A stretch of 61,705 bases of DNA, counting the filler, from Bipalium vagum (Eukaryota), in NCBI GenBank assembly GCA_037834085.1. It is 3 parts of 3 records of this genome, joined end to end, with 100 filler letters (N's around TTAATTAATTAA, not from the genome) between each part and the next. Parts side by side here need not be neighbours in the genome. Positions count along the whole stretch, not along the records: positions 1 to 18,698 come from JBBMKC010022265.1; positions 18,799 to 39,070 come from JBBMKC010256615.1; 1 more part is not named here. One strand, given 5' to 3'. The notes below the pieces were generated by a model that was not told the DNA's origin, did not search any database, and saw only the letters and a list, made by a program, of their open reading frames with translations. The number at the start of each line of letters is the position of its first letter. Within the stretch, counting starts at the first letter, position 1. A program made the translations under genes and the position numbers. Positions 13,469 to 26,229 of this stretch are shown piece by piece.

Positions 13469-14738
13469 CAAGGTGGGTCAAAAGTTAATTACTTATAAAA
13501 TAAATCAATTTTTTTATTCTAATATATGTTTAATTTTTGTTTTGGCAGAATAACGTACACAAAAAAACAACATTAATTATGAATAAATTTACGACGGAAG
13601 AAAGAACCAAAATAGTAGTATTTCACCTCATAAATCAGATAAGTATTTCCGAAACACAATTGAAATTTAGAAGATTTTACAAAACATAGAATTTGCCCTT
13701 CGGTCTAACCATTCACGCACTGGTGCAAAAATGTGAAGACACTGGGACAGTAGCAGATATCTGAAGATCAGGGAGACCAATACTATCAAGGAATAATAGT
13801 AATATTGATGCTGCAATAGAGTGTAATGAAGGACCAAAAAATTTCAACTTGAAAACGATGTACTCAGTTGGACATCAGTCATTCGTCATTACGCAGAATT
13901 TAAAAAAAGATTTACAAATGTATCCTTATAAAATTCAATTAGTCCAAACTTTAAACCCCAATTGCTACCTATTGCGCCTACAATACAGAAGTCAGTTACT
14001 CAATACAAATGATTGTGATGGTTCGTTTTTAAGAAATTTATGGATGAGTGACGAATCTGATTTCCAACTTAACGGCTACTTTAACAAACAAAATACATGT
14101 TTTTGTGGTAGGCAATCCATAGATTTCCACGAGCACTCTTTGTACCAAGAAAAAGTAACGGTGTGGTGTACTATTTCCACGAGAAGAATCATTGGTCCTT
14201 ATTTTTGAAGAAAACAGTATGACGGTTTCGATGATTGGTAATCGATATCGAAAATTTTTTCATACCGAATATTGTAAATGAAGTTTGGGATGCCTGGTTT
14301 CAACAGGATGAAGCCACAGCTCACAACAACAGATCCACAATACAATTATTGGCTTCAACTTTAGTCAATCGATTAATATCGAAAAATTCATGTTTTTGAT
14401 GGCCTTTAAGGTCGCCGGATTTGACAGGTCCTGGCTTTTTTCTTTGGGGCTATCTGAAAGACAAACTTTATGTTAATAAGTCTCAAATATTAACTGAATT
14501 AAAATACAAAATACGATACAAAATATCAGCAATACCGACTGAAATATTGCAGTCAGTATTGGAAAAATGTATTTAAAAAGAGCACAAATTTGCGATGGTT
14601 CTGGTGGTCAACATTTAAACAAAATAATTTTTTAAAAATGTTCAAAAAATAATGTTTGAATTGAAATGTATTTTAAAATTAATAAATTTTATTTTTTCTA
14701 TTTTTTAAAAAGATAGTAAGAGACTTTTATCCCCCCAG
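13469..14738 (+). mobile_element. DD41D (rosa/VS-type) Tc1/mariner element, full-length but pseudogenised
   Basis: MNKFTTEERTKIV.., YPYKIQLVQ, WMSDESDF, KVTVWC..IIGPYF, WFQQDEATAH, WPLRSPDLTGP(G)FFLWG. 41 codons counted between D2 and the D3 position. Degenerate TA-flanked TIRs. Confidence 0.88.
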
Positions 14739-14859
14739 TATTATTTCTTTGTGATATTATATTTTTATTATGTTTTTAGTACTTGTCTAATATATTATCT
14801 TGTATATCTCTTTTTTCTTACACATTAAAAAATAACTCTATATGTGCAAATAACCTATG

Positions 14860-15356
14860 CAATAGGCGTTAGTCCGGTTCAGTAGGCGTTTGGTCATACT
14901 CTATGCTCACCTACCGTAGCCGATAGTTCAAATATTAAAATTACGTAAGACGTTTAAATAACAATTTTGTTGTCGAATTAGTTCTTCAATCTTTCTTTTC
15001 TTGAAAATTTATGGTTTTCTGCCTGGACCAACTTGGCGATCTGAGCTTATTCCACTTTCATAACGTTTGCAAATGTCAAATTATTCTTTTCACTCTTTAA
15101 TTCAAAATATGAATCACTGTAAACTTTTTCCCAAGATGCTGATTTTTTTGAATAGAAGTTGTACAAATTATCTCGTAAAGTATTTTCTTTTGAAGGCATT
15201 TTTTCCAACTTGGATCGCAACAATAAATTAAAATATAAATTTCATAACAGGTCAATAATTTGTGCTTATAATATTATAACACGCATAATAATATAAATTG
15301 TCTTGGTTAAGTGCCGAGCATTTGGAATTTGAGCTGATTTTTACTGCTCACCCGTT
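14860..15356 (-). mobile_element. 5' part of a Tc1/maT-like element
   Basis: Minus strand MPSKENTLRDNLYNFY..HLGKKFTVIH...GPGRKP across frameshifts. Terminus TA-ACGGGTGAGCAG resembles the ACGGG termini of the DD37D copies. Confidence 0.6.
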
Positions 15357-16899
15357 AATAAGAATAAAACTAAGAACAAATATTAATAATAGTGATGGTG
15401 ACACATAGTGTTATAGGCAATAATATCATGAAAGTGTAATTATAAAAAAAGACATCCATAATAATATCGAAAAATAAAATAATTTAAATACAGAAATCTT
15501 TTAAAATAAAAATAAAAACCAATTCAAATTTTACTGAGACGAATCTTTCTTCTCAGCTTAACTTTGAGAAGATCACATATTTCCTACCCATTCAAGCTCT
15601 TTAGAATTTATAGGTTATTTTTTACTTAGCTCAAGCATGGCTGAAAAGAAATTTATCAAGGTAAAACTGTATTTTGGTAAATAATTGCAACGAAACGTCA
15701 TTTTATTATAAAAAATTCCCAAGAAAAACTTAGTCACGTCTTTCGACATAAGCAAGGTTTTAGAGTAAGAAAAGATAGCATAATTTTTTTATTATCTCTT
15801 AATATGACAGATTTAAGATATAAACCCTTGATATCAGATAGATAAACACACGAGGCCTAGGTGTTTTTGTGATGTAAATTTAAATAAATAAGATGTGATT
15901 TATAGCATAGCTCAAATGCATGGATAACAGGAAGCATATTTCCAAGATGGTTTTGTCGAATTTGATGAGAACTGAAAGCAAAAATTGTAACAATCTCTCA
16001 AGTAAGGAGACCACTACAAAAAACACAAAACTTACATTATATAACATATAGACATGGAAAACGTTAAGAATAATGATAACAATTTTATGATATTAAATTG
16101 TATTAAGAAGAGTGATTATGGTATCGGAGAAATCATTAAAAGTGTTACGATTTTTAAAGTCATTTATTTTTGCTCTAAAACTTGGGAAACCTTCACAATC
16201 AAAGATATCTTGTAAAGTTTAATTGTTTTTTATTAGTATGTATGATTTACAGTGTTACAGAATTATGTCATGTTTTTGAAAACGAATTTCGATTCTTTAT
16301 TCTTTATTTTTGAGTCATTTCTTTAAGAAATTGGTTCATCTTGAAAGTTATATGATAATCGATAATGTTCTGATGACGAAAATACGTATACCACCGCCTA
16401 GGGCGTAGCAAATTCTAGTTGGCAAGTGAACAAGCAAAAAAGAAAATATATATTAAAACGATTAGTGATGAGAGGTATATCCTGCTATTACTAATTAGAT
16501 TAATTAGTTATTCCGATTTCAGAGAAATCGTTAAATATTTCATAGAATTCCTTTATTTTCCATATTGCTATCTTTATTAGGACTAAAAAAATATTCTTCT
16601 AGTTAGAATGGTTTTTAATTTTAATTATTATTAGAAATAAAGTTAAATTATACTATTATATAATTTACTTTATCAATATTACTAATATTTCATTATTTAA
16701 TAATATTATAATGGTTCATTTTAATTATAATTTGATTTAACTATCTTTTATGTATTACTCAAAAATATTTTTATTAGTAAATATTGTTTTCATGAATTTG
16801 AAATTACTGGTTATTTATGTTTATACAATAAAGTAGACCTAACGATTTCTTTTCATGTAAATAAGATTAAATATTAAAATTAAATATCAAATTTAATTA

Positions 16900-17085
16900 T
16901 TACATGTAATACAATTGCCAGTTTGCTTGTCATCTGTAATTTCTAACCCGTCTATTGTGAGGTTAGGAAACTCGTCCTCTGTCTCCATTAGCTGTGGCCC
17001 TCTTTGACTCATCGAAAAGATTTTAATTAATTGTCTTAGCGGGTTTCAGACTTTTGTGAGGTCACAGTTGATTTTATTGAAGACA
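16900..17085 (-). mobile_element. non-LTR retrotransposon (LINE ORF2 endonuclease-RT linker) fragment
   Basis: Minus strand NKINCDLTKV*NPLRQLIK...FPNLTIDGLEITDDKQTGNC, resembling the LINE linker motifs D.KK.W..I..LI and L.I.G.EITD.K.IAN. Confidence 0.5.
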
Positions 17086-18698
17086 TAAATTATAATATTT
17101 ATTTTATTATTATGGTCATTATTATTACTACTAGTATATGTAAAGAAAAAAAACAAGAATTATTTTTTCACGCTTAAATTAAAGATTTCCAAGATAATAT
17201 TATTATCATTATTATTTTTTATTAATATTTTTGTTTTTTCCATCTTTATTACAAAGAGTAAACATTTTTATACTTAAACTTTTGCTTTCTAGATCCTTTT
17301 GATTGAACACTAAGCCATCTTGGGTCTCATCCTTCCTAAATTTTTACAAGTATTTTCAATACATTCGTACATCTTATCAAAATGATTCAATTCATTCTTA
17401 AATTAAGAAACTTCACTCTAGACCAAGTAAAGTAATAATATGTTTTTTTTATTACATTTCCTTCGAATCATTATTAATCTAAAATATAAATAAATTTTAT
17501 AAGGGAACTTTTTCAAGTTTGTATTTTACTTATAACATTAGAGACATGTACAATCAATTTTTACATATTTTATTAATATTCTTTTAATATAATGGACAAG
17601 ATTAATTTTAATTTACAAAAGAAAAGTTTGGTTTTTCAAGATACGTGGTAGTTCAATTACCATCACAAAAAGATTTAAAAATATCCATTATAAACTATTT
17701 TCATTTATTTTAATATTTTCTCGTTACGAATATATTATTCTGTAAATTATTTAGAATTAATAAATATAAAAATAATATAATAATTTAAATACAAATTATT
17801 ATAATTTATAAGTTATAAATTATTATTTCTTTGAAAAAAGTTCACAAATAACCCAGATAATGAGAAGGTAATTGATACATAGAACGTAATAAATAATACA
17901 TACTTAAAAATGTTAATAAATCATTGTAAGTGTAATTGGTTCAATTTTTTGATCGAGTTTTCACAAAGTACCAGATTCAAAACATTTTTATCTTTCCAAG
18001 GATGTAAATTAAACTTGTAGACTAATCCTGCTTAACACCTTTCCATTTTCTTACGTTCAGGAATATTATCGAATATTACTTAATTTTCTCTAGAAAACAT
18101 TTATTAAAAGATTTTTTAATTTTTTTATTTTCTAATAAACAAAATTAGAAAAAATTTAATAAAGAATGACAGATCTGGGGAGAAATTTCTGAGATATCGC
18201 TATCAATATTATAATAAAATTATATTTCCTCTCTCTTTGAAATAGAGACTTGGAGATTCTGATTTTTTTTATTGTTCATGAATATTTATTTACAGCATTT
18301 ACAAATGTATTTTGTATCACTGGCATGAAATAAACTTTGTAATGCATAAATTTCAATTTTTCATAGACATGTGCCTGGTAATAAGTAGGTCACACCTTTC
18401 TTACTGGCCAATACAATATGAAGAGAGGCGAAGAACAACATAAATGTAAAGGGAAAACTATTGTCTAAAGGGCCTATGAAGACACGTTACGTTGTGAGGG
18501 ACAAATAAACAAATTATTTAATGTTCTAAAAGAATGCAGCAGTAATGTTCAATTTTCAAAACAAAATTTGTTGATTGTATACAAAATTTTAGACTTATTT
18601 TCAAAACATTAATGAAGTTCGTTTTAAATACTTATTTGTATTACTTAGTTATTTGTTTTGGAAAACAATTTGAAATTGTCGTCACATTAAATTAATAG

Positions 18699-18798
18699 NN
18701 NNNNNNNNNNNNNNNNNNNNNNNNNNNNNNNNNNNNNNNNNNTTAATTAATTAANNNNNNNNNNNNNNNNNNNNNNNNNNNNNNNNNNNNNNNNNNNN
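18699..18798. other. assembly spacer: 44N + TTAATTAATTAA + 44N
   Basis: Exactly 100 bp and identical to the spacer at 39071-39170. The palindromic 12-mer gives stop codons in all six frames. Confidence 0.97.

Positions 18799-18866
<68 letters not shown>
18799..18866. repeat. (ATT)n microsatellite at contig edge
   Basis: About 22 perfect ATT units directly after the gap. Confidence 0.97.
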
Positions 18867-20924
18867 CATCAATAAGTTATATCTTCATAGTTCTTATATT
18901 TTATATCAATCAATTATTTAATTGATTAATAGATTTTTTAAAATTTATTTATTTTATTATTTTATTTATATAATATTTAAATTATTTAAAATTTAATTAT
19001 TATTAATTATAAGAATATAATATAAACACAATTTTAATGTATATAATAATAAGCAAGTAATAAAATATATTATTATGATATGTAATATAATAAATAAACA
19101 ACAATTGTCTATTTTTACAATGACGAAGTGAAATATTTATTAATAATATATTTTGTTTAAACTAAACTGTACAATGACAAAAACTAAGCACTAATGGTAA
19201 TCATTTTATAATAATTAATATTATTTTTTCCATATTGCATTAATAAAAAATTAATTAAATGCCTTAATATCGGTACCTACATTTTGGTAATAAATAACGG
19301 AGTGAATGTCAAAATAAATTTCATTTTATATGAATGATAAAGATGGAATGGCATTTAAATAATTAACTAACCCAATTAAAACTGACGGTTTACAAATATA
19401 TAACAAACTTCGATGTGTAGATATTGGGATTATATCGGTTTAATCTATTATTAATATTCCGTTTTTTCTTACAAAAACGAAAACATTGAAATGGTTTTTC
19501 TTCACATAAAAGCATAAAAATGCTAATATTCTTCAAAGGAGAGCTGGTCATAATTTTTAAAAACTTTAGTTTTTCATGTGAAAATAAAGAATAAATATTT
19601 TATTGGTAATAAAAGTTTTATTTTGCAATCTCCTTTGCTCCCTTCCCCTTTGTTAGCAATTTCAAGATACTATCCGCGTAAAATTTCTTATTTGAAGATA
19701 TCTGTATTGAAGATTTTTGGGTATATATGAAAGAATTGGTTTATCTGGATAGCTGAGGCATTGATCAATTGATCGATTGAATCAAGTACTGTTTGAAGAA
19801 AACCAATCAAATCGGTTGTACAAAAGCTTCAAACTCCATCGAATCGACTCTGTTCGAAAATTTGGTGTGACTGAAAAATAAAAATTAGTAGTTGCGTTGA
19901 TCTTTTGTTGAGCTTTCCAATGATATATCGCTTTTATAAATTTTTAATTATTGGGGATTTTTTACTGATCATCCGTTATTTGGAGAAACCTGGATCAAAT
20001 ATATTTGAATATGTTTATTGAAGGAAAACATTAAAATGAGCTAAAAATATTATAAGTATTTCAAACAGTAATTTTCGAAAACATGTTATTGTCATGGAAA
20101 TATAATAGTTTTATGAGTAAAATTTTGACTATCAAGTATGACATTGGCTTTCAGACATCAAATCTTTGTTATTGTCAATCTAAAATAACACAACAATAGT
20201 TACAGTTACAGTATTAAGGTTATTTCAATTACTTCAATTATTATCAATTAATAAATTAATAATAATCATTATTATTATTAATAAATTAATATTAATTAAT
20301 TATTGTGTGTTATCAGATTAATGAACAATTGAGACATGCTTCAAAGACGAAAAATAACGAATTTCAGTATCTGATTAAAACTGGAGGATTATTATTAGCT
20401 ACGTGAATTGCGATGTTCTGTTACTTTGGTTCTTTAGTTCTAATTATGGATAATTAAAAAAGATAATGAAGATTTTATCATTTGCTCTTCTTCAAATTTG
20501 AACTGTGAAATTTTTTTTTTCTGATTTTTCTAAGTTTTTCTTAAAAAATTCCTTGAAATATTAACTTTACTAACTTTTTATAACTTTTCCCTTACTTTTG
20601 TACGGAATGTATTTATTTATTGTACTCTGAAATTTTCTTTGATAAGTTTTATTTATATTTTATTTATAATTTCCTTTTCCTTTGGATTTTATATTAATAT
20701 TTTTATTTATTATTATTTTTCTAAATTTTATAATTTTAGTAAATTATTATTACGTTTATCAATTTTTATTTTTATTGATTTATGTTAAGCTATTTCAGTT
20801 CACTTTTATTTTGAAATTATCAAAATAATAAAACCAATAACAATAATTTATTAAAAATTAAATCTGGTTGAATAAAGAAAATCAATATATCTAAAAATTA
20901 TAAAATTAAAATTAATTTTTTCAA

Positions 20925-21052
20925 ATCTCATTTCTATCAACCCCAATGGTTCCAGACTCGTTTGGGATTATTTCTCTCCTTCTTCATTACCCGTTGTCCT
21001 ATCTTTTTCTTAACAATGAGAAGGACTGATTGGGGTTGATGGTACTTGAGAT
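20925..21052 (+). other. long imperfect inverted repeat / candidate structured RNA
   Basis: Perfect 12-bp core ATCAACCCCAAT (20936-20947) / ATTGGGGTTGAT (21029-21040). Extended by ATCTCA/TGAGAT and by G:U-containing helices GGTTC/GGACT, CTCGTT/AATGAG and TGGGA/TCTTA. Confidence 0.6.
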
Positions 21053-21285
21053 AGCACCCATAGTTTTGTTTTTTAATTTAATAATTTAACTTATTTGAAG
21101 GAATGAATTTTATTTGAAGAAAAATCTACATGAATTATTTGCAATATTATATTATTTTTGAAAAATATCTAATATAAATAAATAAGATAAATGCAAATAT
21201 CACTGACTTTAATAATATTATAAAATTAAAAACATTAAATAAATATAAAATTTTTCCCAGACAATAATGTATTATTTTATTTATA

Positions 21286-21504
21286 CATGGTGACTTTTAA
21301 GTAGCTTTACAACTTTATGTACGAATAGCAAAAAAAGAGTTTTAATCATTCTTCAATACTTAAGCTTCACAAGCGAGGCATCATTTAAAATGTAGATCAA
21401 TAGTAAAATCAATAGTAAACATAAAAATAGTTCAGATAAACAAAAATAATTAATTAGATATTTATCAAATTACAACTTTGTAAAGCCACTTAAAAGTCAT
21501 CCTG
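21286..21504. mobile_element. Tc1/mariner-type MITE (219 bp)
   Basis: TIRs CATGGTGACTTTTAAGTAGCTTTACAA / TTGTAAAGCCACTTAAAAGTCATCCTG, flanked by TA on both sides. No coding capacity. Confidence 0.85.
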
Positions 21505-21959
21505 TACATATTATTATTTATATTTTATATTTTTTTATATTATTTGTCAAAAATCAAAATTATATGTATAAAATATAATTTTACTACTAGAATTAAAGTA
21601 TTTGAAAGATTTTGTTTATGTACACATAATTAATAATCTTATTATTACATAAATATGTGTGTAATTTTTTTATTATTTTGTTATCGCAGTTTGATTATGG
21701 AATATTAATATTTTAATCAGCTGCAAAATAGCTATTTAACGATCGTCACACATAATTAATATTAATTTGCTACTGCCATTAATTAAAACATTATCATGTA
21801 TATATATTCTGTTAATTAATCAATTGAATCTCGTTCCAATTTATTTGCATTTGTATTAATTCAAAATTTAATTAATCATTTTTGTTATTAAATTAGTTTT
21901 ATATAAATTTAAGACAAATGTTAAACTCTTAATTTAAATGCCCTCATTACAATTCTGTT

Positions 21960-22718
21960 CAATGTGTATAAAAAACCAAGAATTCTATAATAAAACTTAA
22001 AAATAAATTATTTATTCGTCAAATTTTATTTTGTTGCCTTCAAAATAAACCCCATGCAGTGGAATGCAACTATGGTCAGATCCCCCATGTATTTTTAATA
22101 GGCTTTCTATGCTTTATACCATTCATACTTTTGTATTTTTGACAATCATGGTAGGCCTTCAATAATATTCTCAGCAAATCGAAAAGAATTTCGTTTGAAA
22201 CACAAAATTTGTCCATCCTGAAAATCACAGACGATAAAAATATATTTGAATAAAACAAAATCGACAATAAGAATTTATTTGTTATAACATTCCTCTTTCG
22301 AGGTTCTAGTCCTTCGTCAGCAGACTCAAGGTCGGTCCTCTGGTGTTCTTTTTATTCATCAATTGATTTCTTTATATAATAAAATCAGCTCCGTTATGAT
22401 TATTGAGATTCCTCAACAGAGCAACTGTGACCGTTCGTTGATTGGTTATCTAGTACGACCAGATTGTATTGGTAAAATTACATAGGTAACAAAAAAAAGT
22501 TTTTTCTAATGAATTTATTTCACCGTATAAATACGCCAAAATACCGTAAATTTGCGCCAAAATATGATTTATTGTTAATATTCTGAGTGATGAATCTGAC
22601 TCAAATTCCTCGTGATAACTCCATAAAGTATTACCAAATTATCGAAAAAGTTTTCCTATCGATATCTTTAATGGATTCTTAAAATAATAATGTCCGGGTG
22701 CTTTAAACAGTGTATGTA
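21960..22718 (-). mobile_element. internally deleted mariner remnant
   Basis: Minus-strand C-terminal SCIPLHGVYFEGNK (cf. mariner KCI..xGDYFEGDK) plus N-terminal traces. Boundaries approximate. Confidence 0.65.
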
Positions 22719-24419
22719 TATATCCTATGGTTATTTTTTCCCTTTTATTATTAATATAAATATATAAAATGATAAATAAAAGAAAATGCATATTTTATTT
22801 TCCCTATTTTCATTTTAAAATTGTAAAAAGTCACCGATTTTTCCACCACAGGAAATAATTTCTCCCAACATTTACATGAACTGTTGGGATTGTAAACATT
22901 GTTTAATTATTTTATACATAATTAAGATAATTAGATCATACTAATTCCTGAAGAAATGTTCGTAATTTACTTTATTTATATGATCAGACCGACCTGACCA
23001 ATTTACACAATTCTTCTTATCAAACCCAAATTACGATTTATATTTATAATTATACGTAAAAGAAAATTTTCCCACAGAAAAATGTAAAAAAGTAAATATC
23101 AGGTCTCGTAATTTATTTATATTATCATTTTTTATTATATATATATCATGTTTGGTTATGATTTTCTTGTACTTCTTTAAAATTTATCAAAACAATTGCT
23201 TATCGAGACAAGACTTGAGGAAAAGAGGAGAAAGAGGAGTACATTAAAACAAAAAATAATTTTGATTGATCCCTGATATCTTTTATTGGCAATATATTTT
23301 ACATGGTAATGTTATGGGAACTATTTTATTATTTATATAACCCTCCCGTTTATTTATTTGTTTGACTTGTTAAAAAAATGAATGAATTGACATTAAAAAC
23401 ATGATCGAAGATCCAAATAATTTTCCATATGAACAGATCAATGAAAGAAAAAATATAAAGAAACTTTCATTTGTGAATATATTTATTTTTATATAATGAA
23501 ATAGTGATAAAACGATTTATTTGGACTTAATTAGATAAATAAACGATGTGAATTAATTATGTGATTTCAGATCTCCCAATTTTGAAACGTATAGACAGGA
23601 CCCCTTTTCGCAGGGAAATTATCCTAAGACATTTATATTAATCATTTTCAGACACGAAATGAACTAATTATTTATAATAAGTTTAGATTATTATCAACAA
23701 AATTCTCTTTTTTTCAAATCAGCGGTCCTTGACTTTTTTGTTTTTGTTCTCGGAAAAAATTCGATGCGTCTTCTTATTTTTGAAGTGACTTTAATATATT
23801 TTCATATTTCGGGAAAATATGAAATAATATTATCCATAAAATGATGATTTGTCCAATATTTCTAATTATGAAATATTTATTGGTCAATATTCAGAATTAA
23901 TTGTCTTGAAAATAATTCACTTTAATTAATGATTGATTAATTGGTAATAAAAATATATGTTATCAATAACTTATCACATGGTTATTTAATTAAATTATTT
24001 ATATATAATAAAATTATGTTTATAATTTTTTTAATTATTTAATAATTAATATTTTTTAATAAGTCAACGGAGTTACAGCGGAGGCTATTGTTAGGGACCG
24101 TGTGTTTTATTTGTTGTAAGCAGCTGTCTGTTGAGATCGAATTTTCCCTCTTACGAGATTTGATGATATATCATTAAATGATGTTAATGATTGTACAATA
24201 GGATATTTTATCATATGTGTATGATATCTCTGTGTGGATATGGATTACTATGTACAATCTGAATAAATATCATAAGAATTAAAAATTAAAAGTTAATCAA
24301 TTTAACACGAAAGGTACTGCAAACTATGAAGAATAATGCATGAATTTATATATAGAAATCTTAAAATAGTCTATTTATAAATGAAATGAAATAAATAAAT
24401 GAAAAATTTGAAAAAAACT

Positions 24420-24800
24420 TTGTGGTTGGTGGAGATTACTCAACCGCTCAAACTGTAACATGTCCTCAATAATGTGCAGCTGTTCAATTATCCTGCTGTT
24501 GACAACTCGTCGAATCAACAGGTATTCGCAAATAACTCTCTCAGTAGAAAAAGTTGATGCAAGAATGGCGGAAGTTATACGTCATCATTCATATTATCTT
24601 TATCTTCTTTAGAATGGTTCTCTTCTGTATGAGAAACTGTATCGGCAATTTCTTTGGTAAGCGATTCCTTGGTATTATAGTTTTGTCAATCCTCCAAACT
24701 TTTTAAACGTGAAATCCTGAATAGAAACAGTACAGAAAACGGAGGAAACTGAATATAACTTAACCTTTCCATTTCCTTCAGTGTGTGATGATACTTTGGA
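24420..24800 (-). mobile_element. pogo/Tigger transposase C-terminal remnant
   Basis: Minus strand DFTFKKF..ID...KESLTKEIADTV..acidic stretch..LPP..EYL..QLHIIEDM, typical of the Tigger acidic tail. Confidence 0.5.
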
Positions 24801-26229
24801 GAATGAAAGTGATAAAAAATCGATATAACTAAATATTTTTCATTTATTTTAGTAAAAAATTATCGGAACCAAAAAATATCTGTTATAATCAACACCGTTG
24901 TAACAATTATCCACTGTAGTTTAATTAATAATATCATTATTGTTTTAATCATCTTGTTTTTCAATAATTTTTAGAAACGTTAGACAAATTATAAATATTA
25001 ACAGAAATGTCTTAAATTTCCAAGTCATAAATATTATTTATATGATCATAACATGATCGGGATCAAAATTATCCCGTTATGAAAGAATCTGTCATTTTAC
25101 AATAGATAAGTTTGCATAAGTGTCAAAAGTGAAAATATTTTTGCGGGAAAATTGATAAAATTCCATCCGAATAAAACAGAAAACCTTTTAGATTGATTTT
25201 ATTTATTCAAAATGTTTTGCGACCAGTCTGACAACTTTGAAAAAAGATAAAAAAGAAAACTTTTTGGGAAAAATTTCACACTGACAATAGATATATGTAT
25301 TCCGTCCAGACTGACCATTTGCTCACTTTGTCAATAGTCAGGCAGCATTCAAGCGAGAAAAGTCTTGTTAAAATGATAATTCACAAAGCATTACCAAAGT
25401 GCTCCAAACTGATTGAAGATCACTGGAGTATGTTAAAAGAACTGGTCGACAGGAACAATTATAAAGCCGAAATTTTGGATTAATATAAGAATCGGATAAA
25501 TTAATGCTTGCGCAAACTTTCCAAAGATTTCATACAAAGTCTGGTTCATTGGAGTCGAAGTAAATTCCATTCTCTTTGAACATTTTGTCCTGCGGCTTAA
25601 TTAACTTTCCTTTGTTAGAGGTCCTTTGGTTAGAGTCCCTTTCAATTCAAAGTGGTAATTTTACTTATATCCACTACATTCAACATATTGTCAAATTTCA
25701 TTAGGAATCTTCTTATAAACAATTTCTGGGATAATCACTATTCTTTGTAGAATTTTTTTAAAATATATTTATAAAGAAACTAAACTCACCCTGGGAATAA
25801 TGCCTGATTATTTTATTATATAATTTCACAACTTCTGCTTATTACTATTACTTTTCTTAATAATTTTTATATACATTTTTTAAAAAATATTTTGATTAAC
25901 ACAACTTTCTTGCCAATTTAATCTCACCTGATTCGAACCTTTCATAATAACTCTTTCATTCCCTTCGAACTCATCATGTAGTCACCCTTTACTTTTTTTT
26001 CTGTGAAGTTAACATCGTCAATTCTGGTGATGTCATCATGTGAACTTTCACCTTTCATTTCAACACCATAAATAAATGCAATTCATTACCCAATTGATTA
26101 CCCAATTTACATCTTCTCAGTACCATCTCATTAGTTCTCCTATCAGTTCTACCTAATTTATGGTCTTAAAAGAAAATAACAGGGAAAATTATATAAATAT
26201 ATATTACACAATACATTTATGAAATCATT

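Noticed and set aside
16370-16382. CTGATGA-C-GAAA hammerhead-like core
   Set aside because: No stem II and no complementary stems I/III found.
18743-18754. TTAATTAATTAA as piggyBac target or biological motif
   Set aside because: Centred in identical N runs at two sites, so it is an assembly linker.
22852-23085. Candidate 40-nt exon (NNFSQHLHELLG), 6-nt exon, and GACCGACCT motif shared with 10530
   Set aside because: Better explained as a mariner N-terminal remnant. GACCGACCT corresponds to decayed GRP codons and also occurs antisense in the mariner at ~22330.
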